From Pelomyxa schiedti (Eukaryota > Protista > Evosea), in the NCBI GenBank assembly GCA_020536535.1, contig JAHLWZ010000864.1, positions 4,265 to 68,264 of the forward strand: a stretch of DNA of 64,000 nucleotides, in the 5' to 3' direction. The notes below the pieces were generated by a model. That model was given only the letters and a program-made list of their open reading frames with translations. It was not told the DNA's origin and searched no databases. A program made the position numbers and the translations under genes. Below, piece by piece: positions 29,862-41,124 of this stretch (its first letter is position 1; each line of letters starts with the position of its first letter).

Positions 29862-32800
29862 CTATTGCATGGCAAGAAGAGCAAGGCACCGAGTCTTCTG
29901 ATCAGTCAAGGGTAATAGTGACACTTCAGTGACTGCCTTTAACCACGTCAGTTGCTGGGTTGTTTAAATTGTGGCAACCTGTGAGTAGAGAGCTCCGAAA
30001 CCGGCCAAATCGTTAAACGTTGTAGAGACTGTCATGTTCAATCCCAGCTGCCCAGCAACCAACAAGGACGGGTAGTCATCAGGGAAGTATTGAGGCCAAA
30101 GAGTGTCAAACATTGCCTGGGAGATGATAGTTTAGAATGCAATGTCGGTGTAAATAGTAATTGTATACCTTGCAACTTTGAAGGGCACCGAGTTGTCGGG
30201 TGTAGTCGGTAAACAGGAGAGAGTTCTGAAGGGACTCTGCAAAGGTCATTGCAACCTCCGTTGTTGTTTTGGTTGGAATAGGAGTTCTGATATTCACGAT
30301 AACGGAGAGAGTTGAACCATCGTACTCCCAGGTGTTCAGAAATTCTAGGAAAAAAGGTTTTCACCCACAATCTGATTACAGGATTTCTTGAGCGAAATAC
30401 CTTTTTGCTTGCCACCATCGTCAAATTGGACGAATTTGTTGTCGAGCCTTACAGCGGCAGGAGGCCACACACCCCTAAATTTTAGCCTGTACGTTCTGGC
30501 TTCAGGCATACTTGGGAACCCTTTTCCCTCATACGGGTTAACCCTTAGAATCAAGATATTTGCGTCCGCCTACGTAAGTCAATCTCATGATTGTATTGTA
30601 TAATAATATTACGGGCTTATTACCTTGACAATAACGCTGGTCTTGGCCCATTCACCCAAGACGTATCGGGTGGTCAAACCATCATCGTCGTAGTAGTAAG
30701 ATGTTACTGCTTTGCCAACTGATCCTGGGAATACCTGAAGGCATTTCAGTAAGTGTTTAAAAAGAAATCTCAAACACACAAGAAGCTCCAAAGACTCCGG
30801 TACATCTTGAGCAGAACCCAGGAGTGCAGATTTTGTCATATCTAACCTTGGAATAACAGTTCCGGCACTGTTTTCAATTAGAAAACTTATTGCGCGAAGT
30901 TCTTCTGCTTACGAAACGTAAATCGGAATTTCTTGGATGGAGAATTGCCGGGTAATCATTTTCGGACCAGTGAACATCTTTCCAGAATACCATTCTACCC
31001 AATTACCAGGAGGAACCCAGATTTTCTGTATTTATGGAGTTGGTGAAATAATTGGCTACTGAGAGAACAGAAAGGACTACCTGAATAGCAAGACCATTCT
31101 CATCGGATTTGGCAACGATAGGGGAAACGAACATCGAGGGGCCAAACCAGTATTGATTCGTTACGAGATACGCCTCCTAAAGAAAAAAGATTCTCAGGGG
31201 TGAAAAAAAATGAATAACATAGCACACATCATTATCAGGGTGCGTGTAGTACATTGGGCGCAGCAGTCCAATGCCTGAGAGCTCATCATAGGCAGCAGAG
31301 GAGATGTAAGGAACGAGGGAAGCTCTTAACTGATAGTGTGCTTGAGTTGGAAATTGAAGTGATGTGATGTATGACGAGTATAACCTGGAAGGCCTCCCTC
31401 ATCGTCTTAAAAGAATCATAAGGGTACAACCAGATATCTCTATTGAAGCCATCCTTTCCATTGCAATGAACACGAAGAGTGGGCGAGAAAGCACTCCACT
31501 GTATCCACCTTGTAAAAAGTTCCGCATCAGGTTGTCCTTCAAAACCTCCCGTATCATGACTGGAGGAGGATTATTTTTTGGGAACAATAAAGTAGGTTTC
31601 ATGAAGTCAGAACCTCCAAAGGAATCCTCCAACGTTCGACGCTGTTGCAGTGAAGTAGGGTTGAAAGGCCAGGGATGCCCATGAAGTCTGGGTATCACCA
31701 CTGAATCCAATCTGACCGAGTCGGTGGTTACCTAGACCACCCCATCGAGCCATAAGCATCGGTCTCTCCTCACCACTGTGAATAAATTTAGAACACCTTT
31801 TGCTTGAGTAGTCGTACCTCCACCAGGAAGGATTTGTTGTAAAAACGTAGTTCACCCACCAGGTGGGATTGACATTGGGTGCCAGCATTCCTTAGAGTGG
31901 TAAGTGACTTGAAATGGGATGTTGTCTGTACGTTCTCCTTGCTGGTAATCGACCCACCAGTAATCCACTCCATTTCCTTGAATAGGGTCCATCACAATAT
32001 CGAAAAAGCCTGTGCTCCAGTTTTTATTGGCCAAGACATAAGGTACGGTGACTCTGGAAGCTGGGTCGATTCCCTAGAGACACTTTAATTATTCCCAGTG
32101 GGAAATTTTGCTTACCCAATATCGAGCCATTTCGGGGTAGGTCGCTTCAATGCATTGAACCCCGGAATTAGGGTGGTTATTTAGTGTTACACGTACGCCT
32201 CTTTTGTGAAGCCTAGGAGGGTCAATAAGATTTTAATACAGTGGTTTATCACAAACCAGGAAATAAAGCGACTTGGATCAGGGAAAAGATTTGTGTTCCA
32301 TGTAAAACCTACAGGTGAATGAGTGAGGGAGCAAAAAAAGAACGAGAAAGGGTTGTACCAGTCCATGAATCAAAATACGGCAAGCAATTCGTAGTCATAT
32401 GGTTCCAGGATGTGTGCCAGTCCATATCCTAAAAATGGATTAGTTCGCCACAGTGGAAAGAAATTAACACACCAGGACCAAAACATCCAATGGAATTTCG
32501 TGCTCCACAAAGCCCTGCTCAATCAATAGTCTCTCGTCCTCTTCATTGTAGGCGTACCACCTTATACATCCCTCAATACAAGAAGGTAATTACAACCAGG
32601 AGGGACAAACCTGCTGTATTGCGGGCCGTAAGTATACCTTGGAAGAAGTGGATGTGGTGCAGACAGCAATGTGAAGTCTTTAAGCGCCTGGACATACTCG
32701 TGTCCGTGTCCAAAGAAATACCAGTCTTGATGGAAAACGGACTGGTCGCTACAAGTGATATGAGAGGGATGAAGAAATTACGAGATGAAGAAATACATTG

Positions 32801-33660
32801 GGTAGAAGCATTCAGGTATTCCGGGGTTCCCAGGTGCAAAACAACAACCCATAGACTCGCACTGTGCCTGGCCGCCAATACTATTAGGATTGCTGTGCGA
32901 CAACAAGTGAGAAGTGAAATAGAATTATACGAGTGGTACCAGTCAACTTTGGTGGAATCAGGAAGTGCACAAGTTTGCTCGTTTATTGGTGGTGATGTAA
33001 ACCAAGGCCACGAGTGTGAATCAAATTGGGGGCTGTTGTTCCGCGGTAAGATTGTAAACACTCACTATTTAGTAACATTACCTTGAAGTGTCATTTATCA
33101 GAACCCATCCATCTCGTGATATCACGCCAAGTGTGCAGTGAGAATCAGAAAGCTATAGGTTTTTTATCATTAAGGGCATGTAGGTTGATAGAATACCTTT
33201 GCAGTGTCCATGTTTGGACAGTACAATTCAGTGGCACCATCAACGGTGTCAAGTGTACGAATGGTACCGAGCAAGTTTCCGCTGGGAGGAAGTGATGGTC
33301 TCCACGTAACACCCATTTTCTTCACCACAATTTGAAGATTGTCGTCGGTAAAGATTCCAGCAAATTGACTGTTGTAAACAACAATGACATCGTCGGTCTA
33401 TACGGAGAGTAAAAAAAAAGAAAAAAAAAAGCAACCACAAACCTCGATTTGCAACACCGTTCCAAGCCACGTGACCTCGAAGCGAGGTGTCGCGAGATTT
33501 CGGTTTACGAACGCGAACGTAGCCGAGTCAACAAATTGACCAACGCCGGCACTGCTGTACTCGCAGCGAACAACTTGCTTCGTCAAAACGGTGAAGCGAA
33601 CCTTCGTAAGTCGGTCACCTCAAAGTACGCGGCGCAATTTATCACGTATTAGATTACGAT
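29862..33660 (-). CDS. Glycoside hydrolase family 31 alpha-glucosidase (GH31_u1-like) with inserted trefoil domain; 5' end lost in gap
   Basis: VRFTVLTKQVVRCEYS, DWYFFGHGH, DMDWH, GVDYWWVDYQQG, RPMLMARWGGLGNHRLGQIGFSGDT..WASLAFQPYFTATASNV, QYWFGPSMFVSPI, IWVPPGNWVEW, YYYDDDGLTT. Confidence 0.9.
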
Positions 33661-33760
33661 NNNNNNNNNNNNNNNNNNNNNNNNNNNNNNNNNNNNNNNN
33701 NNNNNNNNNNNNNNNNNNNNNNNNNNNNNNNNNNNNNNNNNNNNNNNNNNNNNNNNNNNN
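33661..33760. other. 100-N scaffold gap removing the GH31 start and the importin-like stop
   Basis: N run; reading frames on both sides run into it. Confidence 0.95.
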
Positions 33761-35916
33761 TCGTCATATTCATCAACATCCCCTTCATCTTCATAGTCAC
33801 CCTCGTCTTCCTCGTCTTCCTCGTCTTCATCCTCCTCGTCCTCATCATACTCCCCCTCATCACCTTCATGTGGTCCAAGGCTTGCACCTGCGGGAGGCTG
33901 GTGCACTCCCAGACGGCCCAGTATAGACCCCGCGGCTTCCCTGATTTGTGAGTTCGGGTGCACAGATAGCTTGGTAAGCCTCTGTACCCACTTGTTCTCC
34001 CTCATTTGCTGGGCAACTGTGGTTGCCCCTACTTGCATAGAAAAGTCGATAGCCTGAACTTGTTGTTAGTAGGAGTTTGTCACTACATTTGCACACAGGA
34101 ATTAGTTGTTCCATGAGTTTCTCGTCTCTGAAGAAAACTGGGTCATACAGTGCGGAAACAAAATTTAGAGAAATGAGGTGCCTGTATTGGTTAAATACAC
34201 CTTTGGAACATTTAATGCAGCACACTCAGCAACAGTTTGGCTCCCACAATTGATGGAGTTTGTAAGAGCCCAACAAGCTTCCTTCTTAACATTGGGGTCA
34301 TCGTCTTTAAGACATTTCAGTAGGGGCTTCAGTAAGCCACTGTTATAAAGGGAAATAGTTTGGTCTCTAGTAAAACTGTGAGTTCAAAGCACACTGATGT
34401 AAGGTTTTGATTAATGAGAGCTAACTTAGTTCCGCCAGAAATGTTAGACAACTGTGGGTAATAAGATGAAGTCACAATTTATGACTAAGGAAAATTACCA
34501 ACCAACATGATGACTTCTTTAATTGGGGGACCTTGAGACTTGGATTTTTAAGTTACAATGAAAATATCTGAAATACTGACATTTTATGCATAACAGGAAA
34601 GATTCCAGCATTAATTACAGCCTGAAAGTTTTTTGGTGTGTAGTATGAATACTGGAAGTCATACTTGGGTTTGGGCATCACTAAAAGCAGTCAGTTGAAA
34701 TATGGTCATAAGCACTAACATACTTTCCACTTGCTACATTTCCAAGGGCGTGCAAAGCCGTATTGCGGATAGGAACACTATCACTTCGCTAGGTTGCTAA
34801 ATAAATAGGAAGTTCTGGCATAGAGGGTACGTACATCAAGCACACCGACAAGAGCTTCACATATCTTGGAATCGACCAAAGCCTGAACCATTTCAGGGGA
34901 GTTGTCAGACATGTAACACACTGTCCTTTTAGACTTTAAGTTGAAGTTTTAGGTTTAAAGGCATGTACCAAGTGGTGTCTGTCAGGACATCGTTAAACTG
35001 GTGTGAGAATAACGGAAGCAGAGTTGGTAATGCTGCACAAACGTCATGTAATTAATTGATCTTGTTTCCATTCATGTCACAAACCTGGTATCAAAAACTG
35101 TGGATTTGGAGGGGGTTTGTGTCTACAAAGATTTGAAAATGTCCAAATCTTTATGAATTTTAGTAAAGCCATAGAATAGAGTATTAAAGTATGAAACCGT
35201 ATTTGTCAGAGTCGACATTGGAATTGTGTTATACTTGGCAAGCAGTCTTACTATTGGAGGTATAGCATCCATTTTTATGATATAATCGCGCATGGTGGAG
35301 TTGGTGCCTGCGATGTTTCCTAACCCCCATACTGCCTAATTTTAAAAGGGAAGAAACAAAAACCCAAAGAACACAAAGAGTGTCTTAGTTACCTGCTCGC
35401 ATAGTTCATAGTTGGTTGAATCAATAAGATGAATAAAAACTTGAACAGCACCGGCATCTATTACAGCTTGTGACTGCCTTGCGTTTCCACTGGCAACTAT
35501 TCGACAATAATAAAAGGAATTGTTAGTCTCAAACGGAAGGGGAAAAAAAGCACCATTTGTAACTGCCCAAGCGGCTTCGTATACTAATGTTGGTTTGTCT
35601 TCCTAAAAGGTGGTCAGATAATCCCGGTTTATTTTTGACATATTACCATCCCCATGAACCTAACCAAATGAGGCAGAACGTGACTTTCCACTACTTCTTG
35701 TATTGGAGGCGACTCCTCTTTTTGAAAAGTTACCAATGGAAGATGTGCTGGCAGGATTACCTATAGACAACAACTTCCTGAGTTGAGTTGTTGCCGGAAG
35801 GTAGAGTGTCTCGTCGTCCCCGCCGCACATTTCGGCCAGTTGTTCGATAGTGCAGTTCTATTCAACCAATAAGATGGAGCATCTCCGTAGCTACGCCTTA
35901 CCTCCACGTCCGTCAT
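33761..35916 (-). CDS. Importin-alpha-like ARM-repeat protein without IBB domain, with acidic C-tail; multi-exon
   Basis: TTQLRKLLSI, PPIQEVV, EAAWAVTN, VIDAGAVQVFIHL, AVWGLGNIAG, WTFSNLCRHKPP, KKEACWALTN. The tail EDEEDEEDEG runs into the gap. Confidence 0.85.
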
Positions 35917-36119
35917 GATCTCCTCGAAAAGAAAGTAATGTATGCACACATCAAGATCTCGAAGAGCCCACAGAATTCATCAGCCTTGAGCCAGTCACCT
36001 CACAAAGCCATTCACCCACGCATGCGCCACTGAGAGATCTTGATTTATTTCGGAGTTCTGTCAGTGAGGGACTGCCATCACTGTGGCTTTTTTTCCCCTT
36101 CGTTTTTTAATTACACGAA

Positions 36120-36863
36120 ATGGGTGACAGGGCAGCTGTGGTTTCGTTGTTTCAGGATTTAGTGAGGAGAGGTTTAGCCCATAATTTCACCGTGGTCGAT
36201 AAGGATTCCTTGTTGTTCACAAGTGTGGATTCAGTTCTTCTTTTTTTTTCCCTGCCAGAAAAAAAAAACCACTGGTGAGTGACTGTTGTGTGCACAAGAA
36301 ACAGCCGAGGCTCGAGTGCTATTACGCGAAATCAGCGATTCTCTGAGACGGGCTGGGTTCTCTGACTCTGTGAGGACACAAGTGACCAAAAAGATGAGGC
36401 ACTTTTTGCTGGCTTCAAAGAACGCTAATTTGGTTGCTCAGTATGCATTGTTTGATGTTGGATGGGTAATGTACTGCTTCTCTATATATTTTCTCCCAGC
36501 CAAGCGAAACTTACTTAACAGTTATAGCTGTACTCGTATGAGTATTCTCTGGTTGTAGAACGCTGTGAAGACAATGGAATTTTGTGGAATGTTACCTACA
36601 AAACGTGGCATATAAGGGCGTGCAAGTACAAATCCATTGTGGTGCAAGCTGATGGCGTAATACTGTTTGTGCAAGTTAACCCACTTACCGGCAGTCAGGT
36701 GTCATGAATATGCCCATTACTTATTGTAATTTAGAGGTAGTTTTCTTGCTCTTACATTCCACAGAAAAAGGCAATCAAGGAGGTATTAAAGGAGTGGAAT
36801 TCACCCCAGAGCAATGACTTTCTCACTAATTTTTCCATAGGCAATAGAGACAATCTCCTCTGA
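36120..36863 (+). CDS. Hypothetical multi-exon protein
   Basis: ATG at 36120 (MGDRAAVVSLFQDLVRRG). Plausible GT-AG joins to ETAEARVLLREISDSL and LYSYEYSLVVERCEDNGILWNV. No family recognised. Confidence 0.4.
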
Positions 36864-37059
36864 GCATCCGGCCCTCTCCGAGCAATTCCGTACTTCCCTA
36901 TTCTGAGAGAACACGAATGCATTCACTCGTTTCCCTTATGTAAAGTGTGAGTACCAGTTCCTCCCTTCCTTCTGTAAATGGAAATGCTCCCGTTTTTTTT
37001 GTTTTAGAAGTTTTTCGTTAGATTCGAAACAACTCGTTTTAACGAAAAGTAAAGGGACC

Positions 37060-38625
37060 ATGGGGTGCGGGGTGTCGGTAGAGGAAACGCGTAACCACGA
37101 AATTGAGACCCAATTGCAACAGTGGGACCAGGAAATGCATAGGGAATTCAAACTGCTACTACTTGGTCCGTTTCCGGTGTTTTTTTTTTTTTTTTTTTAT
37201 GTTTATTATTTTTGTGACCATGGAGTTATAACATGGTTGGGAATCGGGGACTAAATTTCTCTTTTCCCCGTTTTTCATTTTTTTTCCCCTCTAGGTACGG
37301 GAGAATCAGGCAAAAGTACACTGGTCAAACAAATGAAGATTTTATTTTTGAATGGCTACACGGAGGAAGAACTACGGAAGTTCAAGCCAGTTATTTTCAA
37401 CAACTGTGTGTCCTCTATGAGGACATTGTGTGCAGCTTGTTTGCATATGCGTATACCAGTTGCCCCTGGTCACGAGGTGAAGAAATTCATGCACTCTCTT
37501 ATCTTAGGCATATTTACTCATTTCGTTTAACCTAGGAAGCCGTAACAACTTTTGCAACTGACCCGGCCCTGCAAAACTTTTCTGATCCAATTCCCCCTGA
37601 AATGGCAGCTCAAATCAAAACTCTATGGGCTGATCCAGGAATTCGCGCTTGCTTTGCTCGATCAGCAGAGTTCCAACTGTTGGATTGTGCTCAGTAGTAT
37701 GATCCCAACCGAGTTATCTTCTTTCACGTTTTGAATGGCATCCTAGTTACATTGAGAATGTGGACCGCTTAGCGAGTGCCGATTATGTTCCCACTCAAGA
37801 TGTACAAATACTATTCCCACCTTTAGGGAGTATAACCTTATGAAACAGGATGTGCTTAGATGCCGTGTTAAAACAACGGGTATACATGAGCTGACGTTCA
37901 AAGATGGAAACTTTACCTACAGGTACCACAGCCATTGTTTTCTTCGTGGCGAGATTATTAATTTGTGTAGGATGGTTGATGTTGGTGGCCAACGGAATGA
38001 AAGGAGGAAATGGCTGCATTGTTTCCAAGATGTTACAGCAGTACTTTATGTTGTCGCGTTGAGGTATCTGCTATCACAATTTAAAAGCCGTAATGGCCCT
38101 CAAGTGAGTATGATTTGCGCTTGTATGAAAATGATGAAACAAACCGAATGGCCGAGTCTCTAAGGCTATTCAAGGTCTAATTGTGAAAGGAAATTATTTG
38201 TGAAAACTCACTGGGTTTTTTCCTGTATTAGGAAGTGTCTGGTTTGCCCTGGTTTCGAAACTCTCAAATAATTCTATTCCTCAACAAAAGAGATACCTTT
38301 GAGGAAAAAATAACACATGTACCCCTAACAGCGGGTTTCCCCGAGTACACAGGTTGCAAAGCATCCTTTTTAACAAAAACCAACAAGTAAGCAGGGCACA
38401 ATACTTTTGCCGAGGCGTCAGAATACATTAAAACTCAATTTATGAACATGGACTCCTCCAAAAAACACATTTTCACACACATTGTTTGTGCCACAGATAC
38501 CAAAATTGTAAAGCAGCTGTTCAATGATGTAAAGGTCTGTGCTTGGTTTTTTTCCTACAACATCTTAACACCAATCACAGGAGATCATCATTTCCAATGC
38601 CGCACACACCACGGGTGGTGCTTGA
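37060..38625 (+). CDS. Heterotrimeric G-protein alpha subunit, 10 exons
   Basis: MGC N-terminus (myristoylation/palmitoylation), KLLLLG|[44 protein letters not shown]. Stop at 38623-38625. Confidence 0.97.
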
Positions 38626-38989
38626 GCCCCATGAAGTTAAATGACACATCCAACACACATATAATGTAAAAACAAAGTAAAGATATTTTTTTTAGAGTAT
38701 TCCAACCCTTTTTTTGTCTTCGTTGAAATGCTGAGGGAATGAAGACGAGAAGGAAACGGAGGAACCGTGGGGAAAGGAAAAAACTTCTGAGCCTGAGGAG
38801 GGAGGCGCCTCCGTCGGGTGCAGCTCAGAGTTTCGGTGACATCTGTCAAGTGCTCCCAAAAAAGAACCGACCAAGTGACGGCTTTTCGTTGGCAGCTCCT
38901 TTTCATGCCGTTCCTCGAAGTATGAAAAAGAACATAAAAATCAAAACCAACAAAAAAATCAAGACAAAGATCTACGCCTACAGCAAGCC

Positions 38990-41124
38990 ATGTCCGCATA
39001 CATCGGCGCCATTGCCATCTTCTCCGTGTACCAGCTGGACAACCCGACTCAACAGAAACTAGGCACATGGTGTCTGGTGTTAAGTTCAAGGTGTCGGACC
39101 GGCAGCTGATTGCTATCGAGGAAGACGTTGTGCTGTACACGACTGGTCATCCTGCGCCTCAACCTGGGGATGGCATCGCCGTTATTGCGGCCTTCCGAAG
39201 GCCAGCGCCCGAGTGAGCACTTTTTTTTTTTTTGTCTTAGGGTTTTTTCCTTGTCGAGTGTTGTGCAGTACAACCTACTTTGCGCGTGCATTTTCTTTGA
39301 CTTATTGCTCCCACCAGGGTTGAAAAAAGAAAATTTTAGTAGTGCAGGCGTATGACGGCGTAATCTTGGATTACAATGTGATTGCTGCAGAGCCTGCGGC
39401 GAAGAACAATCTCGTGAAGGGGAATCTTGATCTCGATGCCGCGGCGGCCCCATCTCACAAACGGTTCAGGTACATCCAAACATACATATACGATTGATTG
39501 ACGGGAACAACCCTACAAAACAGAAAAATAATCTCAAGTGAGGAGATAGCAAGTCACAGGTACTGTGTTCTTGTTTGTGTGCCAAAGTCATCGCATCACA
39601 CCGCATGTAGCACCGTTCTTCATGACTGCTTCACGTTCACTAATCCGGCCAATCCAGGCCCGCTACCAGCAAGCATGGAACTAGGAGATCTTCTGGCAGT
39701 ATAAGTTCCAGTACCAATAGCAATGCTAAGAGCAAGAAGATTACTCCTCTGAGGGGACAGGATACCGATTTGTCTCCCGAACCCAGGTAAACCAAAAAAA
39801 AATTTTTTTTTCCTTCACACTGGGATTGACTAAGGGTCATTGGCTCCAAGAGACAACATCCTGGCTGGGCTGCCGCTGGTAACGATGGCGGTTCACTCTT
39901 ACAATGTTGTTCCGACGAAGATCCAGATGATCTACTACAGCAAGAAGAAGAAGAGGAGGAGGACGCTCTTGAAGTTGCACTTGTATCTGGGGGATACTGT
40001 TCGCCGCTCACGAAGAGACCCATGGAACGCTCAAGGCTAGTGTGCCCGTCATCGTCACCAAAGCCTGTGGCTCCTGGTCCTCCAGGACCAGCAGCAAGTC
40101 GGCCGATTGAATCAATTAAGGTTTATTCTCTTGTCACCTTTTGGTTCATTATCACCACCTATTGATGTTTCCCGAATTAATTAATTAGATCCAAATGCAC
40201 CCATTCCTTCGTTAATTTCATTTCCACTTCACTGACTTTTGCCCATCAGGTTCCTGACGCGAATGTTGACCTGTCTTCTCTTGAACTGGGTCACGACATC
40301 AACAGATGTGCAGAGGATAGTATACAGCACATGCTTTTGTTGAATGTGTACACCATATCCAACAAACAATTCATGGCAATAGATGAACATGTATGCTGTC
40401 GTTCTTGCCACATTTCTTTTCCCTAACCACCAAGATCAGGGAAATCAAGCAATGGTTATACTAGGCGCTGTTACCCATAACTTTGTAGAGGGGTCCGTTT
40501 ACCTCGCAACGGGGTTGAAAGTCACCAAGCACAGGGGCAGTGAGACCTCTGAAGTCGAAGTCGAAGCCATTACCAATTGTGCTCCTGAGCTGAAGTCCAA
40601 GTTTGCCAAGGACAGGAAACTTGGCTTGAATGGCCTTCAGTACGCTTTGTGCACTGGGGAAAGTCTCGTTGCGGTTCAACTGAAACCTCAACGCAGAGTT
40701 GGTTTGTATCTTCACCACGTTCAAATTTTCCTGCTGACTCTTTTTTTTCGACAGATTGGATGGTGAAGATTGTGGGACACACCGCAAAAAGCAACCAATA
40801 CACGGTTCTTTTTGAAGATGGTACTAAGAAATACATCCACATCACCAATGAGGCCCTGCAAGCTCTCAACAAGCACACGCGCCGCAAGTGTTACCAGCTG
40901 GAGGTAGGTAGGTGATGTTGTCATCGCAATCATGGCAAGCTGCGGTTACTTGCCGAGGTCTCCTGCAAACGGACCAGGTTTGGTTTCCCAGTCCCACAAC
41001 ATCACACAATACTGAGCTACTGCAAGATTACGTTGCACTCTGTGATGGAAAAACCATCCTCAGGCTCGTCGACCAAAGGGAGGACAGGGACTGCCCTGGG
41101 GCTCAAGAACTGAGGCTACTGTAG
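38990..41124 (+). pseudogene. Frameshifted multi-exon gene of an unknown family (paralog of 51269-51710); possible OB-fold-like segments
   Basis: MSAYIGAIAIFSVYQLDNP (frameshift near 39060) RHMVSGVKF...DVVLYTTGHPAPQPGDGIAVIAAF. It continues through an acidic low-complexity part and ...FVEGSVYLATGLKVTKHRG. The 3' extent is uncertain. Confidence 0.4.
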
